From the NCBI GenBank assembly GCA_030697825.1, contig JAUYOW010000146.1, forward strand, positions 5,978-69,977: a stretch of DNA of 64,000 bases, given 5' to 3'. Both the position numbers and the translations under genes were made by a program. This document shows positions 39,183 through 46,870 of the stretch, piece by piece. The notes beneath the pieces were generated by a model that was not told where the DNA came from, did no database searches, and was given only the letters and a program-made list of their open reading frames with translations. How positions within the stretch are numbered: the stretch's first letter is position 1; the number at the start of each line of letters is the position of its first letter. Source of the stretch: Gemmatimonadales bacterium. GTDB lineage: Bacteria > Gemmatimonadota > Gemmatimonadetes > Gemmatimonadales > JACORV01.

Positions 39183-39551
39183 GTGGTCCAACAGGAGTCG
39201 ATCCTCAAGATCGCCGACAACTCGGGCGCCAAGCGCGCGCTCGTCATCCGGGTCCTCGGCGGCTCGAAGCGGCGTTACGCCGGCCTCGGCGACGTCGTGA
39301 TCGTCGCGATCAAGGACGCGCTGCCCACCGGCACCGTGAAGAAGGGCGAGGTCGCGCGCGCCGTCGTGGTGCGCACCGCCAAGGAGACGCGGCGCAAGGA
39401 CGGCAGCTATATCCGCTTCGACGAGAACGCGGCCGTCATCATCAACGAGCAGAACGAGCCCCGTGCCACCCGCATCTTCGGGCCGGTGGGGCGTGAATTG
39501 CGCGAGAAGCGGTTCATGAAGATCGTGAGCCTCGCGCCGGAGGTCCTCTAG
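39183..39551 (+). CDS. rplN: 50S ribosomal protein L14
   Basis: [36 protein letters not shown].. Confidence 0.97.
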   Translation: MVQQESILKIADNSGAKRALVIRVLGGSKRRYAGLGDVVIVAIKDALPTGTVKKGEVARAVVVRTAKETRRKDGSYIRFDENAAVIINEQNEPRATRIFGPVGRELREKRFMKIVSLAPEVL

Positions 39552-39552
39552 C

Positions 39553-39942
39553 ATGCGGGTGCTGGTCCACCAGAAGAATGCGCGGCGCAGCAGGGGTCCG
39601 GTGCGGCCGGAGCGCGCCAGGATGCACATCACCAAGGGCGACCTGGTGCAGGTGATCTCCGGCGACGACAAGGGGAAGCGTGGCAAGGTCCTCCGTGCCC
39701 TGCCCAAGAAGGGCCGGGTGGTGGTGGAGGGAGTGAACATCGCCAAGCGCCACCGGAAGGCGCGACAACAGGGCGAAGAGAGCGCCATCGTATCGTTCCC
39801 GGCGCCCATCGCGGTGTCGAAGGTGATGCTGATCGATCCGAAGCTGGACCGGCCGACGCGGGTGCGCCGGCGGGTGGATCAGGACGGGACGGTCGAACGC
39901 ATCGCGGTGCGCTCCGGCGAGCCGATCCCGCGGAACCGGTAG
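39553..39942 (+). CDS. rplX: 50S ribosomal protein L24
   Basis: KOW motif ..[24 protein letters not shown].. The ATG at 39553 adds 23 basic residues, and ATG 39622 is an alternative start. Confidence 0.9.
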   Translation: MRVLVHQKNARRSRGPVRPERARMHITKGDLVQVISGDDKGKRGKVLRALPKKGRVVVEGVNIAKRHRKARQQGEESAIVSFPAPIAVSKVMLIDPKLDRPTRVRRRVDQDGTVERIAVRSGEPIPRNR

Positions 39943-39947
39943 GGGCC

Positions 39948-40637
39948 ATGAAAGACGTGAAAGAGTCGAAGGTCGAAGGGTCGAAGGGGTCGAAGAAGCC
40001 CAAGGCTGGTAAGGGCGAGCCGAAGGCCGAGGCGGCCGAGCCGAGGCAGCCCGCGGTCCCGGCCGAGCCGGCGCCGCCGGCCCGGCTCCATCTGCACTAC
40101 GCACAGCACGTGAGGCCGGCCCTGGCGCGCGAGTTCGGGCTATCGAACCCGCACCAGATCCCGAAGCTGGTGAAGATCGTGCTGAACATCGGGTTCGGCG
40201 GGGCGCAGAAGGCGCCCAAGGCACTGGAAGCGATGGTGACGGAGATGAGCGCGATCGCGGGCCAGAAGGCGGTCGTGACCCGGGCGAAGAAGGCGATCTC
40301 GAACTTCTCGCTTCGGCAGGGGATGCCGATCGGCGCGACCGTGACACTGCGTGGCGCGCGGATGTACGAGTTCCTGGACCGCTTCATCAACATCGCGGTG
40401 CCGCGGGTCCGCGACTTCCGCGGGCTGCCGACCAAGAGCTTCGACGGCCGCGGAAACTACACCTTCGGGATCAAAGAGCAGATGATCTTCCCGGAGATCG
40501 ACTACGACAAGGTCGAGCGCATCCACGGGATGGACATAACGATCGTTACGAACGCCAAGCGAGATGATGTGGCCCTGGCGCTGCTGCGGGAGATGGGCAT
40601 GCCCTTCCACGGCGAATCGCCGGTGGTCGTGGGCTGA
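39948..40637 (+). CDS. rplE: 50S ribosomal protein L5 with a Lys/Glu/Pro-rich N-terminal extension
   Basis: The uL5 core begins at ..[38 protein letters not shown].. About 46 residues precede it, and there is no alternative in-frame start codon near the core. Confidence 0.93.
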   Translation: MKDVKESKVEGSKGSKKPKAGKGEPKAEAAEPRQPAVPAEPAPPARLHLHYAQHVRPALAREFGLSNPHQIPKLVKIVLNIGFGGAQKAPKALEAMVTEMSAIAGQKAVVTRAKKAISNFSLRQGMPIGATVTLRGARMYEFLDRFINIAVPRVRDFRGLPTKSFDGRGNYTFGIKEQMIFPEIDYDKVERIHGMDITIVTNAKRDDVALALLREMGMPFHGESPVVVG

Positions 40638-40653
40638 ACCGGACGAGGAGCCG

Positions 40654-40839
40654 ATGGCGAAAAAGTGTTGGATCGAGAGGGCCAAGCGGAAGCCGAAATT
40701 CAGCACCCGGGTGAACACCCGGTGCCAGCGGTGTGGCCGATCGCGCGCCTATCTCCGCAAGTTCGGTCTCTGCCGCATCTGCTTCCGCGAGCTCGCCCTC
40801 CGGGGCGAGATCCCGGGCGTGCGGAAGAGCAGCTGGTGA
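40654..40839 (+). CDS. rpsN: 30S ribosomal protein S14, zinc-binding type Z (61 aa)
   Basis: [61 protein letters not shown]. Confidence 0.95.
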   Translation: MAKKCWIERAKRKPKFSTRVNTRCQRCGRSRAYLRKFGLCRICFRELALRGEIPGVRKSSW

Positions 40840-40843
40840 GAAG

Positions 40844-40920
40844 CGGGAGCCGGGAGCTGGGAGCCGTACCCTTGGCGCGGGGCCCGGGTCTGGCGCGGAA
40901 GGTCCGGCTCCCGGCTCCCG
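40844..40920 (+). promoter_or_regulatory. large intercistronic stem-loop between rpsN and rpsH
   Basis: The 17-nt arm cgggagccgggagctgg (40844-40860) pairs with ccggctcccggctcccg (40904-40920), with 16 Watson-Crick pairs and one G-U pair. The arm is itself (GGGAGCY)x3. The enclosed 43 nt contain a direct repeat, tggcgcgg x2, and gggccc. Confidence 0.6.
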
Positions 40921-40956
40921 GCCGAGACGTTCGCTGTTCACAAGGAGTTCGCTAGC

Positions 40957-41355
40957 ATGAGCATGACCGATCCCGTCGCAGACATGCTGACGCGCATCCG
41001 CAACGCGTGTCTTGCCCGGCACCGCCGGGTGGACATCCCGGTCTCCAAGCTGAAGACGGAGATCGCGAAGCTGCTGCGCGACAACCACTACATCCAGGAG
41101 TTCCAGGTACTGGATGACGGCCGGCACGGCCTGCTGCGCGTATACCTGAAGTATCACGACGGCGACCAGCCGGTGATCCGCGAGCTGAAGCGGGTTTCGA
41201 CGCCCGGCCTGCGCCGGTACGTCGGGGCGCGGCAGATCCCGCGGGTCCGCAACGGCCTGGGCATGGCCATCCTCAGCACCCCTAAAGGGCTGATGACGGA
41301 CCGCGATGCCCGTACCGCGCACCTGGGCGGCGAGCTGCTCGCCGTGATCTGGTAG
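40957..41355 (+). CDS. rpsH: 30S ribosomal protein S8
   Basis: MSMTDPVADMLTRIRNA.. with caaggag as RBS. Confidence 0.97.
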   Translation: MSMTDPVADMLTRIRNACLARHRRVDIPVSKLKTEIAKLLRDNHYIQEFQVLDDGRHGLLRVYLKYHDGDQPVIRELKRVSTPGLRRYVGARQIPRVRNGLGMAILSTPKGLMTDRDARTAHLGGELLAVIW

Positions 41356-41363
41356 GGGGCGGC

Positions 41364-41903
41364 ATGTCGCGCATCGGCAGGAAGCCCGTTCCGCTGCCCC
41401 AAGGCGTCACCGCCTCCGTGAGCGGCACGACCATCGCGGTGAAAGGCCCGAAGGGCGAGCTCACGCGCACGCTGCACCGCGAGCTTTCGGTGGCGGTGGA
41501 GGGGAGCGAGGTCCGGTTGAAGCGGCCCACGGACTCCTCGAAGCACCGGGCGCTGCACGGGCTCTCACGGACGCTCGTGGCCAACATGGTCGAGGGCGTG
41601 ACGAAGGGGTATGAGAAGACCTTGGAGATCCAGGGCGTCGGCTACAAGGCGGAGACCAAGCCGTACGGGCTCAACCTCGTCGTCGGCTACTCCCACTCGG
41701 TCGAGTTCAAGGCGCCGCCGGGGATCAAGCTGACGGCCGACCAGCCCACGGTCGTGAAGGTCTCGGGGAGCGACAAGGAGCTGGTGGGGCAGGTCGCGGC
41801 CAACATCCGCGCGGTCCGGCCTCCCGAGCCGTACAAGGGCAAGGGGATCCGGTATCAGGGCGAAAAGGTCCGGCGGAAAGCCGGCAAGACGGGGGCGAAG
41901 TAG
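41364..41903 (+). CDS. rplF: 50S ribosomal protein L6
   Basis: MSRIGRKPVPLPQGVTASVSGTTIAVKGPKGEL.. Confidence 0.97.
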   Translation: MSRIGRKPVPLPQGVTASVSGTTIAVKGPKGELTRTLHRELSVAVEGSEVRLKRPTDSSKHRALHGLSRTLVANMVEGVTKGYEKTLEIQGVGYKAETKPYGLNLVVGYSHSVEFKAPPGIKLTADQPTVVKVSGSDKELVGQVAANIRAVRPPEPYKGKGIRYQGEKVRRKAGKTGAK

Positions 41904-41904
41904 C

Positions 41905-42276
41905 GTGAGGCGCATCAGGAAGCCGAAGACCGCAGAGCAGCGCCGCGCGCGGCGCCACGTGCGCGTCCGGCGCAAGGTCCAGGGGACGACGGAGCGGCCG
42001 CGGCTCGTGGTCTTCCGTTCGCTCAAGCACATCTACGCGCACCTCGTTGACGACACGAAGGGCCGCATGCTGTTCGGCGTGGCGGACCGGTCGGACGGGG
42101 TGACGGCGACGGACAGCGGCAAGGTAGCGAAGGGCTTCGCGGTGGGCCTGGCGCTCGCCGAGCGGGCCAAGAAGGAAGGGATCACCCGGGTGGTCTTCGA
42201 CCGCGCGGGTTACGCCTATCACGGACGCGTCAAGGCGGTCGCCGAGGGCGCTCGCAAGGGCGGATTGGAGTTCTAG
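41905..42276 (+). CDS. rplR: 50S ribosomal protein L18
   Basis: ..RRHVRVRRKVQGTTERPRLVVFRSLKHIYAHLVDD.. GTG start. Confidence 0.96.
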   Translation: MRRIRKPKTAEQRRARRHVRVRRKVQGTTERPRLVVFRSLKHIYAHLVDDTKGRMLFGVADRSDGVTATDSGKVAKGFAVGLALAERAKKEGITRVVFDRAGYAYHGRVKAVAEGARKGGLEF

Positions 42277-42279
42277 GGA

Positions 42280-42840
42280 ATGGCACGAGATCAGCAGCGC
42301 GAACCCCGCCGTGACCGGCGCGACCGCGAGTCGGAGCTCATCGAGAACGTGGTGGCCATCAACCGCGTCGCCAAGGTCGTGAAGGGCGGCCGGCGTTTTA
42401 GTTTCAACGCGCTGGTCGCCGTCGGGGACGGCGACGGGCACGTCGGAGTCGCGACGGGCAAGGCGAACGAAGTGAGCGAAGCGGTGCGCAAGGCCGTGGA
42501 GGCGGCGCGCCGAAAGATGCTCACCGTGCCTCGCGTCGGCGGGACCATCCCGCACGAGGTCACCGGCACGCTGGGCGCGGGGAGGGTCTTCCTGAAGCCC
42601 GCCTCGCCGGGGACCGGCGTGATCGCGGGCGGTCCGGTGCGGGCCGTGCTCGAGTGCGCCGGCATCCACGACATCCTGACCAAGAGCCTGGGGAGCAACA
42701 ACCCCCACAACATGGTGCGGGCCACGGTGGACGCGCTGAGCCAGCTCGTGACGGTGCGCCAGGTGGCGCGCGAGCGGGGCGTGGATCCGGACTCGCTGGG
42801 CTACCGGCCGCGGCAAAGCGAGGTCGCGCATGCCGGGTAG
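42280..42840 (+). CDS. rpsE: 30S ribosomal protein S5
   Basis: ..[33 protein letters not shown].. Confidence 0.97.
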   Translation: MARDQQREPRRDRRDRESELIENVVAINRVAKVVKGGRRFSFNALVAVGDGDGHVGVATGKANEVSEAVRKAVEAARRKMLTVPRVGGTIPHEVTGTLGAGRVFLKPASPGTGVIAGGPVRAVLECAGIHDILTKSLGSNNPHNMVRATVDALSQLVTVRQVARERGVDPDSLGYRPRQSEVAHAG

Positions 42841-43045
42841 GACGAAGGCCCCGGCCTCGGCCCGCCTGCGCGTCGAGCAGGTGCGGAGCGGCATCGGCCG
42901 GCCCGCGAACCACCGGCGGACGCTGGAGGCCATCGGGCTGCGGCACCACCAGGACGTGGTGGTCGTGAACGACACGCCGTCGATGCGCGGCATGCTGTTC
43001 CAGGTGCGCCACCTTGTAAAGGTCGCGCCGGTCCAGGAGGGTTGA
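42830..43045 (+). CDS. rpmD: 50S ribosomal protein L30
   Basis: ..[44 protein letters not shown].. Confidence 0.92.
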   Translation: MPGRTKAPASARLRVEQVRSGIGRPANHRRTLEAIGLRHHQDVVVVNDTPSMRGMLFQVRHLVKVAPVQEG

Positions 43046-43503
43046 TGGAGGAGAAGACGATCGAGCGCGTGACGCTGCACTCGCTTCGCCCCGCCAAGGG
43101 CTCGACCCACGTGGCCAAGCGGCTCGGCCGCGGGCCGGGCTCGGGCACGGGCAAGACTGCCGGCAAGGGCCACAAGGGCCAGAAGGCGCGCTCCGGCGGC
43201 CATGTGCGGCCCGGCTTCGAGGGCGGCCAGATGCCGCTCATCCGGCGCGTCCCCAAGCGGGGCTTCACCAACCCCTTCAAGGTCCGCGCGCAGGTGGTGA
43301 GCCTGGCGGCGCTCGCCGACCTCGCCGGTCGCGAGGTCACGGCGGCCGCCCTGAGGGAGGCCGGCCTGGTCCAGCACGCTGACCGGCCGATCAAGCTGCT
43401 CGCCGATGGCGACGCCCCGCAGGGTCTGGTCGTGAAGGGTCTTGCCATGTCGGCGTCCGCGCGCGCCAAGATCGAGGCGGCCGGCGGGCGAGTCGAGGAG
43501 TAA
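43042..43503 (+). CDS. rplO: 50S ribosomal protein L15
   Basis: ..[39 protein letters not shown].. Confidence 0.96.
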   Translation: MMEEKTIERVTLHSLRPAKGSTHVAKRLGRGPGSGTGKTAGKGHKGQKARSGGHVRPGFEGGQMPLIRRVPKRGFTNPFKVRAQVVSLAALADLAGREVTAAALREAGLVQHADRPIKLLADGDAPQGLVVKGLAMSASARAKIEAAGGRVEE

Positions 43504-43506
43504 GCG

Positions 43507-44820
43507 GTGACCGCGCCGCAGCTGCCGAACCCCTTCAAGATCCCGGAGCTGAAGGAAAAGCTCCTCTTCACCCTGCTGTGCCTGCTGCTCTACCGCATCG
43601 GCGCCCACATCACCGTGCCGGGGGTGGACGCGCAGGCCACGATCGATTTCTTCCGGAACCAGGGAAGCCAGTCGCTGTTCGGCGTCTACAACCTGTTCGT
43701 CGGCGGCGCCCTCTCCAAGGCCACGGTGTTCGCCCTCGGCATCATGCCGTACATCTCGGCGAGCATCTTCTTCCAGATCATGGGCGCGGTCTTCCCCACG
43801 ATCGAGCGCCTCCAGAAGGACGAGGAAGGCCGGAAGAAGATCACTCAGTGGACGCGCTACCTGACCATCGGACTCGCGGCGGCGCAGGCCTACGGCATCA
43901 CGCTCTTCCTCGAGTCCCTTCAGGGCGCCGTGCCGCACCCGGGCTTGGGCTTCCGCATCGCCACCGCGTTCACGATGACCGTGGGCGGCGTATTCATCAT
44001 GTGGCTCGGTGAGCAGATCACCGAGCGAGGGATCGGCAACGGGATGAGCCTGCTGATCTTCTTCTCGATCATCGAGCAGGCGCTGCCCGCCACCCTGCGG
44101 ACCATCGAGTCGCTCAAGGTCGGCGCGCTGACGTTCCCCGGCCTGCTGGCGCTCCTGGTGGCCATGGTCCTGGTGGTGTGGTTCACCGTGGCCATCACCG
44201 TCGCGGCCCGGCGCATCCCCATCCAGATCCCGCGCAAGGTGATGGGGCGCGGCCGCATCCGCGAAGGCCAGAAGTCGTTCATCCCGCTCCGCATCAACTC
44301 CGCGGGCGTGATGCCGATCGTCTTCGCTCAGTCAATCATCATCGTGCCCGGCACGATGGTCCAGTTCTCCAGCATCGGCTTCCTGCGGGACCTCTCGGAG
44401 CTGTTCCAGCCGACCTCGTGGGTCTACTACGTGGCCTACACCGCGCTGATCGTCTTTTTCACGTTCTTCTACACGGCGATCATCTTCAACCCGGTGGATT
44501 TGTCGGAGAACCTCAAGAAGCAGGGCGGGTTCATCCCCGGCGTGAAACCCGGCTCGCGTACCGCCGAGTACATCGATCACGTGCTCTCCCGGATCACGCT
44601 ACCGGGGTCGCTCTTCCTGGCGACCATCGCGATCCTTCCCATCGTCCTGCTGGACCGGTTCGGAGTGCCGTTCGCCTTCGGCGGGACGGGTCTCCTCATC
44701 GTGGTCGGCGTGGCGCTGGACACCGTGCAGCAGATGCAGCAACATATGATCCTGCGGCAGTACGACGGGTTCATGAAGCAGGGCAGGGTCCGGTTCCGTG
44801 GGAAGCAGAGGTTCATGTGA
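43507..44820 (+). CDS. secY: preprotein translocase subunit SecY
   Basis: ..IPELKEKLLFTLLCLLLYRIGAHITVPG.. with 10 TM segments. GTG start. Confidence 0.97.
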   Translation: MTAPQLPNPFKIPELKEKLLFTLLCLLLYRIGAHITVPGVDAQATIDFFRNQGSQSLFGVYNLFVGGALSKATVFALGIMPYISASIFFQIMGAVFPTIERLQKDEEGRKKITQWTRYLTIGLAAAQAYGITLFLESLQGAVPHPGLGFRIATAFTMTVGGVFIMWLGEQITERGIGNGMSLLIFFSIIEQALPATLRTIESLKVGALTFPGLLALLVAMVLVVWFTVAITVAARRIPIQIPRKVMGRGRIREGQKSFIPLRINSAGVMPIVFAQSIIIVPGTMVQFSSIGFLRDLSELFQPTSWVYYVAYTALIVFFTFFYTAIIFNPVDLSENLKKQGGFIPGVKPGSRTAEYIDHVLSRITLPGSLFLATIAILPIVLLDRFGVPFAFGGTGLLIVVGVALDTVQQMQQHMILRQYDGFMKQGRVRFRGKQRFM

Positions 44821-44824
44821 GACG

Positions 44825-44932
44825 GATAGGGGAGTTATGGGAGTGTGGGGAGTGAGGGGAGAGAGGGGAGTGAGGGTGAGCCCTTTCTCCCCCTTCTTCC
44901 CTAACTCCCCTTTCTCTCCTATCTCCCCTATC
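44825..44932 (+). repeat. 108-bp purine-arm/pyrimidine-arm palindromic element in the secY-adk spacer (G4- and hairpin-prone)
   Basis: Perfect 10-bp terminal inverted repeat: gataggggag (44825-44834) and ctcccctatc (44923-44932). The left half has six G3-4 tracts (GGGGAGT-like units) and the right half has six C-tracts (CTCCCC-like units). Confidence 0.75.
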
Positions 44933-44963
44933 TGTCGTAGTCGCCCCACCCAAGAGGGCCGCC

Positions 44964-45524
44964 ATGTACGCAATGATCCTCGGAGCCCCCGGCTCCGGCA
45001 AAGGCACGCAGGGCAAACTCCTCGCCGAACACCTTGGCGTTCCGCAGGTGTCCACCGGCGACCTGATCCGCGCCGCGATGAAACAGGGCACTCCGCTGGG
45101 AGTGAAGGCCAAGGGGTACTATGACCAGGGCCTGCTCGTCCCCGACGAAGTGATATTCGGGCTGATCCAGGAGATCCTCGACTCGCCGGCGGCGGCGAAG
45201 GGCGTCCTGATGGACGGCTTCCCCCGCACCATCCCGCAGGCCGAGGCCGTGGACCGGATGCTGGCGGTGAAGCACGCCAAGGTTGACCGAGTGGCACTGC
45301 TCGAGGTAGATGAGGAAGAGCTGGTGCAGCGGCTCCTGGGGCGGGCGGCCAAGGAAGGCCGCAGCGACGACAACCTCCAATCCATCCGGCAGCGCCTCAA
45401 GGTGTATCACGCGCAGACGGCGCCTCTCATCGCATATTACGATGGCCAGGGCGTGGTTCACCGGGTGGCGGGGAGCGGCGGCGTAGACGAGATCCAGGGA
45501 CGCATGAGGGAGGCTGTGAGGTAG
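44964..45524 (+). CDS. adk: adenylate kinase (short-lid form)
   Basis: P-loop ILGAPGSGKGTQG and ..VSTGDLIR.. The lid lacks the Cys4 zinc motif. Confidence 0.95.
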   Translation: MYAMILGAPGSGKGTQGKLLAEHLGVPQVSTGDLIRAAMKQGTPLGVKAKGYYDQGLLVPDEVIFGLIQEILDSPAAAKGVLMDGFPRTIPQAEAVDRMLAVKHAKVDRVALLEVDEEELVQRLLGRAAKEGRSDDNLQSIRQRLKVYHAQTAPLIAYYDGQGVVHRVAGSGGVDEIQGRMREAVR

Positions 45525-46279
45525 TGATCACGGTGAAGTCGGCGCGGGAGATCGAGACGATGGCGCGCGCGGGCCGGATCGTGGCCGGCGTGCTGGACCT
45601 GGTCCGGTCGCGTGCCGTCCCCGGCTCCTCTACCTGGGAGCTCGACCGCATCGCGGAGGAGTTCATCCGCTCGCACGCCGGGGCGACGCCGTCGTTCAAG
45701 GGCCTGTACGGGTTCCCCGCGACCCTCTGCACCTCCATCAACGCCGAAGTCGTCCACGGCATCCCCGCCAAGAGGCGCGTCCTGGTCGATGGCGACATCG
45801 TCAGCGTGGACGTCGGCGTGTGCGTGGGCGGCCTGCACGCCGACAGCGCGATCACCGCGACCGTCGGCGAGGTCTCGCCGGCCATCCTCGCGCTCCTCGA
45901 AGCCACGCGGCGGGCCTTGGCGGCGGGGATCGGAGCGGCGCGGGCGGGCGCGCACGTGGGCGACATCGGCTTCGCGGTGCAGCACGTGGCGGAGAGCGCC
46001 GGCTATTCGGTGGTTCGCGAGCTGGTAGGCCACGGGATCGGCGCGCAGTTCCACGAGGAGCCGCAGGTGCCCAACTTCGGCCGGCCCAAGCACGGCGCCC
46101 GCCTCATCCCCGGCATGACCATCGCCATCGAGCCCATGATCAACGTCGGTGGCCCGGAAGTGCGCACCCTCGGCGACCGCTGGACCGTCGTGACGCAGGA
46201 CGGCTCCCTCTCGGCCCACTTCGAGCACACCGTCGCCATCACCGAGAACGGGGCGAGGATCCTGACCACGGCGGGCTGA
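45524..46279 (+). CDS. map: type I methionine aminopeptidase
   Basis: ..VKSAREIETMARAGRIVA.., ..HGIP.., ..DIVSVDVG.. and ..HFEHTVAITENG.. GTG start overlapping the adk stop. Confidence 0.95.
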   Translation: MITVKSAREIETMARAGRIVAGVLDLVRSRAVPGSSTWELDRIAEEFIRSHAGATPSFKGLYGFPATLCTSINAEVVHGIPAKRRVLVDGDIVSVDVGVCVGGLHADSAITATVGEVSPAILALLEATRRALAAGIGAARAGAHVGDIGFAVQHVAESAGYSVVRELVGHGIGAQFHEEPQVPNFGRPKHGARLIPGMTIAIEPMINVGGPEVRTLGDRWTVVTQDGSLSAHFEHTVAITENGARILTTAG

Positions 46280-46283
46280 TCGC

Positions 46284-46309
46284 GGCGCCCCGACCGATCA
46301 GGGGGCGCC
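46284..46309. terminator. GC hairpin between convergent map and the GNAT gene
   Basis: 8-bp stem ggcgcccc / ggggcgcc with a loop of about 10 nt. No clear T-run. Confidence 0.4.
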
Positions 46310-46346
46310 TCGGGGAAATACCGCCGACCTCATCCTATTGGCAACG

Positions 46347-46868
46347 TCAGGGGGAAGCGGACTCGACGGCATGTGATTCCCTCTTGTATGGGACGAAGCC
46401 GCGACCCAGGTAGTTCGGCAGAGCCGCCGGGCTGTCGAGGGTGCACGTGTGCAGCCAGACCCTCGAGGTGCCGATCTCCCACGCCGTTTCTACCGCGCAA
46501 CTCAACAGGTGCTTCCCAAGTCCCCGGCCAAAGAACTCGCTCAGAAGGCCGAAGAGCGCGATTTCAATGGACTTGTCCGCATCTGTTCGTAACTCGAAGA
46601 ACCCGGCCAACTTACCTTCGTAGCGCATCAGCCACACCCCGAATCCAGGCTGGGTCAGGTACGCATCAAGCTCGTCGTCGCTCCAAACCAGCCGGTCTAA
46701 CCAGTGGCATGCTTCCCCCACCTCCCGGTACAGCGTCTTTGACTGCTCGACGCTGCAACGCGGCACTCGCTCGAGGGTGACCTTGGGATCCTCGAGCTTG
46801 GCAGGCTGAAAAGCCGCGCGGCTGCTGAGTTCCAGGTAGGTTCGGATGACCTCCGTCTTCGGGCTCAT
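46347..46868 (-). CDS. GNAT family N-acetyltransferase
   Basis: The acetyl-CoA binding motif region reads ..IALFGLLSEFFGRGLGKHLL.. (Q/RxxGxG/A). 173 aa. It starts 2 nt after the stop of the upstream gene. Confidence 0.8.
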   Translation of the reverse strand: MSPKTEVIRTYLELSSRAAFQPAKLEDPKVTLERVPRCSVEQSKTLYREVGEACHWLDRLVWSDDELDAYLTQPGFGVWLMRYEGKLAGFFELRTDADKSIEIALFGLLSEFFGRGLGKHLLSCAVETAWEIGTSRVWLHTCTLDSPAALPNYLGRGFVPYKRESHAVESASP

Positions 46869-46870
46869 CC

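Noticed and set aside
40665-40960. Small ORFs (96 aa and 75 aa) in the rpsN-rpsH spacer
   Set aside because: They overlap rpsN out of frame and translate the GGGAGCC repeat arms. They are better explained as a structured RNA spacer.
44798-45124. ORFs crossing the secY-adk repeat element (44798..45124 +, 44599..45297 -, 44813..45112 -)
   Set aside because: Their translations are repeat-derived low complexity (GVWGVRGERGVRVSPFSPFFPNSPFSPISP) and they overlap adk. The signal lies in the DNA/RNA repeat, not in a protein.
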